Source: Octopus bimaculoides (taxonomy: Eukaryota). Taken from it: a stretch of 46,156 bases of DNA. The notes beneath the pieces were generated by a model. It worked only from the letters and a program-made list of their open reading frames with translations. It had not been told where the DNA came from and searched no databases. The stretch spans positions 18,949,275-18,995,430 of the forward strand of contig NC_068999.1 in NCBI RefSeq assembly GCF_001194135.2, read 5' to 3'. The position numbers and the translations under genes are program-made. Of this stretch, positions 1-12,815 are shown in pieces. Numbering within the stretch: position 1 is the first letter of the stretch; each line of letters opens with the position of its first letter.

Positions 1-28
1 ATATATATATATATATATATATATATAC
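1..28. repeat. (TA)n microsatellite at window start
   Basis: Pure AT alternation. Confidence 0.95.
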
Positions 29-3000
29 AAGATTCAGTGAATCAGTTACTTAAGTTAAAGCAAGTCCAGTATTATCCGCACAGCCTGTAGTAACGTGAAT
101 AAAAGGCAAACACGTAACAAGAATGTCAAGATATTAGTGCATTACTACTGTTTCAGGCGGTTCCATTTAATTGAACGTTGCAAGCTGTACATCAATTTGA
201 AATACATTTTGTAATTATATTATATACTCTATACACACACACACACAAACACACGTACATACATACGCCGTATTTTTATATTTGCTTTTATCCTGATATC
301 ATTTAAGGTTTTTTTCATAATATTGGAATTTGTTATATAATTATATTTGTTAAATCCGTTTATCTGTTATAGAAGCAATTATCTCATCTTTCTGCCTTTA
401 ATCCCTGTTTTTCAATGAATAGAAAATGTATACATCTTTCTCGGATGAATTCTGAATGTAATTTGGGTTCATTCTTTGAATGCTTTTACCATGACAACCT
501 TAATGTTTGCTAGGATGAAGTATTACGAAGGTTCTATTTCATATAATATAATATACTTCATTAGCGCGTAAATTGGTTTATTTATACTTCTTATCTTACC
601 TGGTCTTTATATCCCATTCTAAATTTTAAAATTTTAATTTTTATTACACAAAATATAATATTATCTAGATTTTATTATATTTCGATTATATATTTTTCCT
701 CCTGTATCAGTAATGCCCATGTAGTTCTCTTTACAATGTCCTTTGTTTTCTATTGTAGATGCCTTTAACACATAATAGTAAAATAGTTTATATCTCCTCC
801 TACCGTCCCTCTTTCTGGGCATTTACCATTATCTTACTCTTTCTGAGATGTGTTTCTTTATGTGGTCATAGTGAGTTTATAGCCACAGAGAATTAAGTTT
901 TGAGAGAGCATCTGACAATAATTAATTAGTGATCAGCTTCTAGATCTTAACTATCAACTCCCAGTGGTTTAAAATCTTAAGACACTTAATATACGCTGCA
1001 TTAGATCATTTGATGCTGATAAGAGGATAGATAAAAATTGTAGCTAAATTACCATCTCATGCTCCCCACTTTTATTCGTTTCTGCTACTCCAAATTATAG
1101 TTAGGGTATTTTTCTTTCTACATCCACTCTGCTACAATAATAGCAATATATAATTCTTTCAGTCTGTAGCGCTAATGAAATATTTGCTAAAAAGGATAAT
1201 GGAGTATCGTGTATGTTGAAAACCTATATTTTCTTAGACCCCATACACTTATACACCTTCCTTTATCCTATAGCCAATCCTTAGATTCCCCCCTCACTCT
1301 ATTTACCTCTCTTTCTATTTATTTTCTTTTCTTTCTTTTACTTCTTAATACCCACCTTTGCTAACATTCTGTTATTGAGTGTTGCTATGATCACGCCTTT
1401 TTTGTCCGGATGTCTACTCAGAAGAAGTAAGACTTTATCCCACATGGATCTACGCAGGATTGCACCTAAGGTCTTAAGCTCGTGGATCTATGTATGAGTG
1501 CACCTAAGAGACTTATGATCTTGCTTCTATAACGTCGGAAATTCGAACTATGAAGTTTTATGCTTCTTTTTTCTTCTTTCTTTCCATTTCCTTATTCTTT
1601 TAATCCCTTCCTCTATGTCGTCATCTCATTAATATACACCATTCTCATTCTCACTATTTTTCCTTATTTGTCTCAGATGATGGAATATCCAAGAAACAGC
1701 TGTAAGATTTGAATTTGAATTGAGATGTTTGCTTTCCTTAACGTCTTTTGACCTCTTTAACAATTATATATCCGCTGCATCGGAAATCTGCAATGGCTCC
1801 ATAACTATGTATATAAGTGTTTATATATATATATATNNNNNNNNNNNNNNNNNNNNNNNNNNNNNNNNNNNNNNNNNNNNNNNNNNNNNNNNNNNNNNNN
1901 NNNNNNNNNNNNNNNNNNNNNNNNNNNNNNNNNNNNNNNNNNNNNNNNNNNNNNNNNNNNNNNNNNNNNNNNNNNNNNNNNNNNNNNNNNNNNNNNNNNN
2001 NNNNNNNNNNNNNNNNNNNNNNNNNNNNNNNNNNNNNNNNNNNNNNNNNNNNNNNNNNNNNNNNNNNNNNNNNNNNNNNNNNNNNNNNNNNNNNNNNNNN
2101 NNNNNNNNNNNNNNNNNNNNNNNNNNNNNNNNNNNNNNNNNNNNNNNNNNNNNNNNNNNNNNNNNNNNNNNNNNNNNNNNNNNNNNNNNNNNNNNNNNNN
2201 NNNNNNNNNNNNNNNNNNNNNNNNNNNNNNNNNNNNNNNNNNNNNNNNNNNNNNNNNNNNNNNNNNNNNNNNNNNNNNNNNNNNNNNNNNNNNNNNNNNN
2301 NNNNNNNNNNNNNNNNNNNNNNNNNNNNNNNNNNNNNNNNNNNNNNNNNNNNNNNNNNNNNNNNNNNNNNNNNNNNNNNNNNNNNNNNNNNNNNNNNNNN
2401 NNNNNNNNNNNNNNNNNNNNNNNNNNNNNNNNNNNNNNNNNNNNNNNNNNNNNNNNNNNNNNNNNNNNNNNNNNNNNNNNNNNNNNNNNNNNNNNNNNNN
2501 NNNNNNNNNNNNNNNNNNNNNNNNNNNNNNNNNNNNNNNNNNNNNNNNNNNNNNNNNNNNNNTATATGTATATATATATATATATGTATATATATACGTA
2601 CATACGAATATACATATACATATTTATACGTACATATGAGTGTGATTGTACGTGTGCTTTCATTGGCGCTATTTGCTATCATTATGAAATGCGGGTATGA
2701 TAGTTGTATTATAAATATCATGTACCCACCAGGAAATGATTTGTTAGATTTAAGCGTATGTTACTATTATGTATCAATCTGCCCTTAATGATGCTAAGCT
2801 GAAATATGAATTGGAGGTTTAGGGAGTTTAGGTTTTCAGTATAATCTATGTTTTAACTCTATAACTAGCAAAACGCAATGCAATTTATAAGGGAGAAATT
2901 ATTTTTAGATAACATTTATTCTAACATAAACGTCAGACAAACTTGTTCTAAGAGACCATCCACGTTTGGGCTGGAGTAAATATCACCACTCGATATTAAA

Positions 3001-4689
3001 ACTGCTTCTGTCGCTAATATATTCATAAAAATTATCTTATGAATATTCAATTTACTTAAAATCCTAATGCCTATGCACACCGTGCACATGATTTCCTATT
3101 GCATTATGTCAATCGTAATTCAGATAAAAAAAAATGTATTATTAAATATATTGTGAATATATTACTTCTATGAGGGTAAGTTAAACGAAGCAGCCTCTAT
3201 CATGTGACAGAAAATAAACTAGCTCTACCAGTGTAAAAGTAAGTTTCCAAGATATTGTAACTAAGATATTCATTAGACCACTGGGCGGAAATACTTGCAA
3301 TATATAGTTATTATTCTTTACTTTGTTAGTTTGACGCTAATAATCTGCATATTATGAACCGAAAGATGTTTAGTGATTAGCACTTGAGTGATTATATACG
3401 CCACTGAATGCCTGAAATTTCTACTTCCAAACCTCATTTATTAAAATGATTATGCTTAATTAAATATCTGATATTCCATTCTGAGTTCAAATTCTGCCGA
3501 AGTCGGTTTTCGTTTACATCCTATCAGGTTAGAGAAAATAATGCATCAATCAATTAATGAGATGTCCCTATTGATTATCACTTTCCCCTAAAATGTATGT
3601 CCTTCAGTTAAAATTTGAACAAATTATAATTCTACTATGTTCGCCATTGTAATTTTAACAGCAACAGCAGCAGCATCGCCATCATCGTCTTCATCAACTT
3701 TGTCCTCATCATCATAACCATTATCATGTTCCCCCTCCACGGTAGGTTGCATATCAATATTGCCTCCAGTATTAATTCTGCTTCTGTTATCATTAAGTAT
3801 TCCTAATACGCCACAGGCTATTTGCATCACCAGTGCCTGAATAGCCACTGATACAATATATATTATTGACGGGAGACCCGGCTGTTCTGTCACTGCTGGA
3901 AGTTTGTCACTCATGATACTATAGCAGGGCAAAATTATCTTTCCACAACAGAGTGTATAAAATAAATGTAATTTCATAATATATATATATGATATATTCT
4001 GTAGAAAACTAACAAATTTCAGCAATAATAACCTATATTTCATTGTGAATTATAATTTAGTGAATCCCAGTATCACTGCAAGACACCCATCTACAACTTG
4101 AGTAAGGCAACGACGATATACATCTAAAAATTACCAGACTTAGAACAACATGTGTACTTCTGTTATTTTTATAAGAAAATGAAATATGAAGATTTAGACG
4201 AGGGTATATCCGGTTAATGTTAGATCATTTGCTATTATATATTTTCTCAATCAGTGTTAGACTATTTAAACATGTCATTTCGAAAACCATATAGGTGCAT
4301 TAGATACATTGCGTAAAAAGATACGGTGTTATCTAAAATTACATTATATATCATAGCCAAAATAATACGAAATGCAATCATTCATTTTCTAATACAACGA
4401 TATTTCAAATATATTGTACTTCGCTAAATGCAGTCAGTGTTAACATTTTTGATGAGAAACTACGCCATTGAATACGTCTAGTATTTACCTAAGGAAGACG
4501 AGATGCCAACAATTTTAACGTCATTAATCGTAAATGTTCTCAGGCAGTGTTTACCATGTGCATAGTTTGTATGCTTCGGAAGCTCAATTTCCTTTCAAGG
4601 TGTTTTAGGATTAGTTGCAAATGCCTTGGGAGTGAAATTGATGCAAGGAAAATGTGAAGAAGCGTGACATATGCAAACACACACACATA

Positions 4690-4890
4690 TGTATGTATGT
4701 ATGTATGTCGTTGTATATCTTTTTGTGTGTCCTCTTCAACACTTGACAACGGGTGTCGGTTTGTTTCGGTCCCGCATTGTAAGGGTTCTGAGAGAAAGAA
4801 GAGAAAATGAAATATATTGGGGGAAAATATCTCCGAGTAAGCCATCTAAGGTAGCTCACCAGAATGGCCGTTGTCCAGTGACGTAAACTA
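4690..4890 (+). mobile_element. Degenerate 3' half of microsatellite-containing SINE (family B)
   Basis: After a (TATG)n tract, acttgacaacgggtgtcggtttgttt...aaggtagctcaccagaatggccg matches gcttgaaaaccgtttctggtgtgttt...aaggcggtgctacagcatggcca of the 18182-18600 copy. Confidence 0.5.
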
Positions 4891-5194
4891 GCTTTAGATA
4901 ATACATAGTTTTCAGTGGTTTGTAATTGCAATAATTCTGTACAGAAACCTGAGTGCACGAATATCGAAATTGAATAATCCCATTCAATAATGCTTGATAA
5001 GGATTGGCATATCATGCTAGTTCATTTAAATCTATGGACATGTCAGTGTTTTAATGCAATTATATGTGAGTTTTCAGTTTTTCAATAGCACGGTAAATAT
5101 ACGCACAAATATCCATTCTATAGTGAATCTGTTGTTATTTCATTCTATCTTCTAGTTTCCGAGTGCTACATGTTTTCACTTTACTATGTATATA

Positions 5195-5402
<208 letters not shown>

Positions 5403-7066
5403 TGCGTTTGTGAGTCGTAGCTGCGTGTATGTGTAACTGAAATGATGTTTGGAAAATTCTTCAGACATGTACATGCAGAAAATAACCGAAAGTTCAGCGG
5501 AAAGTAGAATAGAAAAATAATCACAGCACATGACATTCATAGGGTTTATAATGTCACAAGACAACTTTGTATACGGATTACGAATATGCATTGACCACAA
5601 AATTACTCTGCGGGATTTAGTTTTCGAGTTGTAATTATAACTAAATGTCCTTTGGAGAGTCGAAAATTTACAAGAGCAGGCACATTGAAAAGCGGGATCA
5701 AACTGGGCAACCCGTACTACTTTCACTTGAGCAACTCCATACAGATTTCTCGAAATTTCATCTAGTATCGAAAATGCAATTTTCCCAGATTTCCTGGTGG
5801 GGAAATACTGTCATTCAGTTTAAAGACTTTTTGTAATATTAAAGGACCATGAAATTTTAGATTATATCCATTACGGTAACATAAAACTTGAAGCACAATT
5901 TTCAATTTGGATAACATAGGTGTTAAATACTACTATAGAAGCACATAACATTTATTAAAGTGTGAACAAAGTATTACTAAAAGATAAGGCGATCTAAGAT
6001 ATTTAGGTGTTACTAAGATTATTTTCGGTATTCTTAATTGTCATGGAGATGCTTCTCACTACGTGTATCAAATGCTGAAAATGTATTGCATCATACTCAT
6101 TTAGCATGTGTTGAATAAAATCATGCGATGGATTATCGGATAGAGTATATATAACAATACTAAGCATATGGCGCCGAAATATCACGAACAACGCTTACCA
6201 TTAAAAGTATGCAAGTATAGAATGGTAGTAATTTTTTCTCGGTTTGTATAAAACGAAACGCCATTATAATGCTACATTTTTTGCATTCAGGGTCGGCTAC
6301 AAAAGTAGGGCAAGAAATTAAGAAACTGGAAATCTGTTTTTATAAACTATGACAATCGTTTTTAGAATTGTATTGAGCCAACTTTTGGACAAATGTTTTC
6401 ATTGAATTGTTGTTAGTGAGAGTTAAAGCTACTGTCGTCAATGGCATTCTTCACTGTTGTTCATTTATGTAACGTGGATGCGGTCAGCATTCTCACAAAA
6501 TGAAAGAAATTCTTCAGTACGCCACAAAGCTTAATGACAAGATAAAAAGAAAATGGGAAAGCGTAGGGAACAAGATGGGCTTCAATATGCATCGAAATAT
6601 TACATTAGTTTGGAATTTCTTTGCATATCGTTATTAGCATGGTGAATGTGTTAGCGCTAATATTGATAAACGCAAAAGAATGTTTACCCATGCAACTTTA
6701 GGGGGCTTCATAAACACGTTTCAGTGAAACAAGTTATCTTTTATCTCCAGTAATGTAGGATATATAAGTTGAATTATCTCTTCTTTGTGAATCTTTACAG
6801 AAACGGAAAGTTATAGCTTATGCGAACAAGGTTTTAGAATCAGTGAAAGAACATTAGGGTTGGAAAGGTTTACAAGCAGAGAAAGCCATTAAGAAAATTA
6901 AGTTTGTATCAGTGACATTCGCAGATAACTTCAGGGGTTTTAAACTCAATCAAGTCTAGTTTGTAAACAGTATCATAAACAACGGTTATTCACACAAATT
7001 TCGCCCAGCCATTCAACAAACCCTCAAACAGAAATATCTAAACATATTGCAAACATAATTTCTTAG

Positions 7067-7187
7067 CTGAGTACATTAAAAGCTGATAAGCGACTAGTTG
7101 ACATGAATCCAGGATTTAGAGAAAATGAAAGACAGTTCCTTTGTAAAGAGCATTCCAAAAAAGTTTGCAGCTTAGAGAGACGTCCAG
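7067..7187 (+). CDS. Candidate isolated internal exon of unknown gene (unconfirmed)
   Basis: Acceptor ataatttcttag| and donor CCAG|gtaaac flank 121 nt. Only one frame is open: LSTLKADKRLVDMNPGFRENERQFLCKEHSKKVCSLERRP. No domain recognised; could be chance. Confidence 0.22.
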
Positions 7188-8280
7188 GTAAACATTTCTG
7201 CTCGATATGAAAACACTGTGTAACGATCTCGTTGATACATCTCATCTGGAAACAAAACTTTGCAGCTTCAGTATATTATGACTGAAATAAGATCTACATA
7301 TCTAACTGAGCATGAGGCAATTGCATATTTATTACACATCATAGTTATAAATTTCTTTTCTGAACATTCGAAGCCAATACAGACAAAAGCATCACTGCCC
7401 TCATATGAAGCTAATGCAAAAATTACTATATTCAGATAAGCTGAAAGCCTAATTTGGAAAATATATAAAACAGTTTCTTCAACTACAAAGGGCTACATGG
7501 GCCAATAAGCACAACAAATATTATGGTAATGTGAAATATCAAGGAGCCTGAGCTAAAGCCTCATATGGTATATGTCTATTCCTTGGGCCAGTTTCTAACT
7601 CAAAACATCATTTCGCTTATTAAAGTGATACTGAGTCTGACGCCATTTACAAAGTGTTGAATAACTTGATCCTTGTTTCCTAAAATACTTGTGGAAATTT
7701 CCTGAAATATCTGCTCCTTAGAGTGATAACAGCCTACAAAATAATTACATATGTTTGTTACAATGAGAGTAAATAAGTTGAATTAAATTGATTCACGTAA
7801 ACACTTGTCAGCATTTTACCAAACCGGTTATCATATATTATATAAAGCGACTCTATATTCCGTGATTACTTGACAGATGACAAACATATTTATAGTTGAT
7901 TCAATTATAAGTTTTGAAATGATGCAACTAATATGCCGAATGTAATTTTTCTGTAATGACGCTGACGTGTTGACATAACTTTATGGCGTTTCGAAGAAAT
8001 GATGGAGAGTCTTCAATAATAATAGAGCGTTTTGTCAAATTGGAATTAAAATATTTCTATAAAATGTTTAATATATTCTTCATACACAAATGTCCCTGTG
8101 AATCATTTCCAACTTATACTAAACAATTATTTGCTCCTATCGTAACTGGCTTCAGTGGTATTGCATTCCAGCAAATATGTTGGCACACTATTCCTCAGTC
8201 AAGGAGAGCACTCCATTTGGTGTCAGAAGACACATATATGTTCCATGCACTTTCTTATATGGAAATGTACAACCAGGCAT

Positions 8281-8935
8281 AAACTTAGATAAACTTAGAT
8301 ATGTTTCGACCAAAGATTGGTCCAGGCCATGTCTAACTTAATAGCTTCACCTGATAGGATTATGGAAATCCTTTTTACAGTCAAGTTTTGTTTATGGTCA
8401 ATTCAATTAGTGAGTTTTTATTGAATGAGTCGTATCAAGGTACGGGTGGCTTGACTGGTATTCCTTGAATAAATCTGTCTAGACTCCGTTTAAAGTTGAT
8501 AGGATCCTTTCCTTCGTTTATCTGTTTCGAGACAATGTTAAACAGGCCAGGGCCTGTTGAAGAAAAGAAATTATGCCGTATGCCGCAGTGTACCTGGGCA
8601 TCGTTAACTGGGCAGGGGACGTATGGCCCGTGGTCCCAGCCTTGAATGAACCTTGAAACTAATGTTCAGGTCGTTTGGACAATGCTGGCGGTATATTTTC
8701 CACATCGTACAAATGATGTACCGCTCGCGGCGGCGCTGGAGATAGTAGAGCTCCAAAGCTATAAGGCGGATCCAGTAATCAAGATCAGTCATGCCTTTAA
8801 TTCGTTTCGTGAGTGCCTTCTGGGGTGATTCAATCCTCGAGATGTTTTTTTTTTTTTATGGGGAGACCACAAGGGGCAGTAGTATTCGAGGTATGGCCGT
8901 ACAAAGGAGGAGAAAAGTAGACACCTTGTTCTCTG
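8281..8935 (-). mobile_element. 5'-truncated CR1/L2-like LINE (RT C-terminus plus 3' end)
   Basis: Frameshifted minus-strand peptides LLFSSFVRPYLEYYCPLWSPH and DLDYWIRLIALELYYLQRRRERY match the VRPxLEY...WSP and L..L.L.SL..RR motifs downstream of RT in CR1/L2 elements. Ends in a duplicated 10-mer tail (ATCTAAGTTT)2. Confidence 0.8.
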
Positions 8936-9024
8936 AACCGGTTGCTGAAACTTATCGGGAATTAACTCATCATAGCAGCGAATATGTTTGACCGACACTT
9001 ATCAAATTGTATATGCAGAGATGC

Positions 9025-9093
<69 letters not shown>
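9025..9093. repeat. (CA)n(TA)n microsatellite bordering gap
   Basis: Direct reading. Confidence 0.95.
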
Positions 9094-9520
9094 NNNNNNN
9101 NNNNNNNNNNNNNNNNNNNNNNNNNNNNNNNNNNNNNNNNNNNNNNNNNNNNNNNNNNNNNNNNNNNNNNNNNNNNNNNNNNNNNNNNNNNNNNNNNNNN
9201 NNNNNNNNNNNNNNNNNNNNNNNNNNNNNNNNNNNNNNNNNNNNNNNNNNNNNNNNNNNNNNNNNNNNNNNNNNNNNNNNNNNNNNNNNNNNNNNNNNNN
9301 NNNNNNNNNNNNNNNNNNNNNNNNNNNNNNNNNNNNNNNNNNNNNNNNNNNNNNNNNNNNNNNNNNNNNNNNNNNNNNNNNNNNNNNNNNNNNNNNNNNN
9401 NNNNNNNNNNNNNNNNNNNNNNNNNNNNNNNNNNNNNNNNNNNNNNNNNNNNNNNNNNNNNNNNNNNNNNNNNNNNNNNNNNNNNNNNNNNNNNNNNNNN
9501 NNNNNNNNNNNNNNNNNNNN

Positions 9521-9915
9521 GGGGGGAACGGGGCCAGTCGATTAGATCGGCTGCAGTATGCATCTGGTATTTAATTTATCGTCCCCAAAAGAATGAAAGG
9601 CAAATTAGACCTCGGCGGAATTTGAACTAAGAACGTATGAACAGACGAAATACCGCTAAGCGTTTCGCCCGGTATGCTAACGTTTCTTATTTCTTTATTG
9701 CCCACAAGGGGCTAAACGTAGAGGAGACAAACAATAACAGACAAAGAGATTAAGTCTATTACATCGACCCCAGTGCGTAAGTGGTACTAAATTTATCAAC
9801 CCCGAAAGGATGAAAGGCTAAGTCCACCTCGGCGGAATTTGAACTCAGAACACAAAGACAGACGAAATACCACTAAGCATTTCGTCCGGCATGCTAGCGT
9901 TTCTGCCAGCTCGTC
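9521..9915 (-). mobile_element. Dimeric or nested tRNA-derived SINE (family A)
   Basis: Two units (about 9688-9915 and 9521-9687) each carry the B-box region (rc: gttctgagttcaaattccgccgagg) and the core gataaatt.agtacc. The first unit starts cgagctggcagaa and ends aataaagaaataa. Confidence 0.85.
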
Positions 9916-10384
9916 GTCTTCCACATTGAAATAGTAATGACAAAGTGATCATGACGGTAAACGTGTATATATCGTAATTGATTGACACCCACACCGTGAC
10001 TGCTCGAACATGTGAAATTATCAATAAAAAGGAATGACGTCAATTTATGGATCAAAAGTAGTCAACATTTGTATGAAAATGTCTCCAATAACTCTCATAA
10101 AATGTCTGCAAAATATAAGTAATGCACTGTAGAGCTAAAATCACTTCTTAAAATTTAAATGTAGTCGCAATGAAATTACATGTGAATTAGATTTATTTGA
10201 ATGTCCCGACATTTGCAGTTTTGATTCGTGATTCATATAAACATATATTTTATTTGGTAGCTGCTGTCTATACTAGAATTATCAAGTATTAAATGTGCGT
10301 TCAGCAAAATCGGACTGAACACATTTGATTGACGACAACTTTACATTCGAGAATAACCGACATCTATCACATAAATGTAAACCA

Positions 10385-10515
10385 TAGTATTTAAAGGAAT
10401 AGATCAATTACCCTAGTAGTTCGATGGCCATGATCGAAATTTGCGTTATATATGCTGGTCAGATATGACCTATAACATCTTATATATTAGAATAATGAAT
10501 CAAAATCTCTAGCTT
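10385..10515 (+). repeat. Unclassified diverged dispersed repeat, copy 1
   Basis: atttgcgttatatatgctggtcagatatgacctataacatcttatatattagat resembles 12723-12790 atttgcgatatatttgctggtcatttataacctatatcgtcttatcgattagat. Confidence 0.55.
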
Positions 10516-11634
10516 TTACCTTGTGGGACAAAAACATGTTGCAGCTATCAAATTTCAGTTCCTCAGCAGATATTATTCTTAATTGTGATGGGCAATTATC
10601 CACGTTTCTAAGCTCTAAATAGTGTTCTCATTCATGTACATTCGATACAGCGTTGTTTACAACCAAGATAAAACAGGAATGTTTACCAGTGTTATATTGC
10701 ATTACAATATTTTCCTACGTGGAACAGTTAGCACAACACCAATGTTGAAAAAAAGACAATTAGGTTGGTGATATTTTATTTGATAATAAAAAATTCAAAT
10801 ATAAGGAAAAATTGTTTCGTAACTTAAAAATAATGTAATTTATATTAACATATTTAATAATAAATTAACTACATGTATGCATGAATGCAAAATGTTGAAA
10901 CTGAAAGTATTCCTCTGTCANNNNNNNNNNNNNNNNNNNNNNNNNNNNNNNNNNNNNNNNNNNNNNNNNNNNNNNNNNNNNNNNNNNNNNNNNNNNNNNN
11001 NNNNNNNNNNNNNNNNNNNNNNNNNNNNNNNNNNNNNNNNNNNNNNNNNNNNNNNNNNNNNNNNNNNNNNNNNNNNNNNNNNNNNNNNNNNNNNNNNNNN
11101 NNNNNNNNNNNNNNNNNNNNNNNNNNNNNNNNNNNNNNNNNNNNNNNNNNNNNNNNNNNNNNNNNNNNNNNNNNNNNNNNNNNNNNNNNNNNNNNNNNNN
11201 NNNNNNNNNATATATATATATATATATATATACATACATACATATATGTGTGTATGAGTGTGTGTGTGTGTCTGTGTGTTGTATATATATGCGTGTTTGT
11301 ATGTATTTGTGAGTGTGTATGTGTTTATGTGCATGCATGTATGTATTTGTACCTATACATACATATATATATAAATGTGTATATGCATATTGTTGAATCG
11401 TTATATGTACAATAATCTAATCTCTGTTTCTCTCTTTACACACTCGGATACAAATATAATATCGGGATATGCATTTGATGTTAGTGTATAATTGATTTAA
11501 ACATCTTCTCGAGAGACCGTTACCCTGATATTTTACTCTCTCGTTGACCTTGTTATGAACAAGTTTATAACATTGATATAATATTGGATACCATTCTCCT
11601 ACATAACTAGTAGATCTCCAATATCAGTTGGAAC

Positions 11635-11977
11635 CAGGGCTGCGAGCTGGCTGAATCGTTAGAAATATCTTAATTCCAGTTTGACAAAATGCTCTATTAT
11701 TATTGAAGACTCTCCATCATTTCTTCCAAACGCCATAATGTTATGTCAGCACATCAGCGTCATTACAGAAAAATTACATTCGGCGTATTAGCTACGTCAT
11801 TTCTGCCGTTAGGTCATCAGTTCAAATTCCGCCGAGGTCGACCTTGCCTTTTGTCCTTTCGAGATCGATAAAAATAAGTACCAGTTACGCACTGGGGTGA
11901 TGGAATCGAATTAATACCTTTGTCTGTCCTTGCTTGTCTCCTCTATGTTTAGCCCCCTGTGGGCAATAAATAAATAG
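11635..11977 (+). mobile_element. Family A SINE with target-site duplication and internal insertion
   Basis: Head gcgagctggctgaatcgttag, B-box agttcaaattccgccgaggtcgac, core, and tail gggcaataaataaata. Flanked by atatcagttg(g)aac at 11621 and 11978. Confidence 0.85.
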
Positions 11978-12684
11978 ATATCAGTTGAACTGCATCTCCA
12001 AATTTTGAGAATGACTGTATATGCACTCCCTTCTATTGTAGTTTTCATTTTGATACCTGAGTGTAAACAACTTTCTCGTGAATTCAATTTTATAAAATAG
12101 ATTTGAGACAAAAAATGTTAACGTTAGAGCATCTTTTGATTGTTTTACTCTAGTTTTCAAACCATCGAATATATTACACATGGAAAAAAATTATATTCAT
12201 GTAGATGATGGTTAATTCGCTTTCAGTAGGATGTATATTTGCTCTCAAATGCATTCGCCGGTCTGTAAATATACATGAAAATATTATCGCCAATGTTTCG
12301 TAGAAGAACCAAAAGGACAACATATTATGGTTTTGTATTACTATTTAAAAACTATTACACAGAATTTGATTGAAAATAAAGGTAGGGAATAATCAAATGT
12401 ATCCTACCACTTTCCTAATAAATATTGTTTCGAATTCCCAGATTTACAATTAAGTGCAGTGTTGGTTGCTCCTAAATGTAGAGGAAGATGTATTACACTT
12501 GCAGTAACTTCAGTAGTAGTAATTTACAAATTGGTACAGGCATACATATCGTTTTCTATATGTTACTTATGTTGGAAATAACATGCCCCAAACATGCATT
12601 CAGCCAAATCGCATGTAATACACGATATTTGATGAATGATAATTTTATATTAGAGGACATCTAAAGCTGATCCCATAATTCACT

Positions 12685-12815
12685 AGCAGAATAGTTAAAG
12701 AAGTGCATCAATCACTCTCATATTGCGATATTGAAATTCAGATTTGCGATATATTTGCTGGTCATTTATAACCTATATCGTCTTATCGATTAGATTATGG
12801 TTTCTATCAAAATCT
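12685..12815 (+). repeat. Unclassified diverged dispersed repeat, copy 2
   Basis: Homologous to 10385-10515. Confidence 0.55.

Noticed and set aside
3624-4043. 139-aa minus-strand ORF with a hydrophobic stretch and acidic tail
   Set aside because: The acidic/Ala tail derives from a degenerate trinucleotide tract. No domain, splice context or TE motif recognised.
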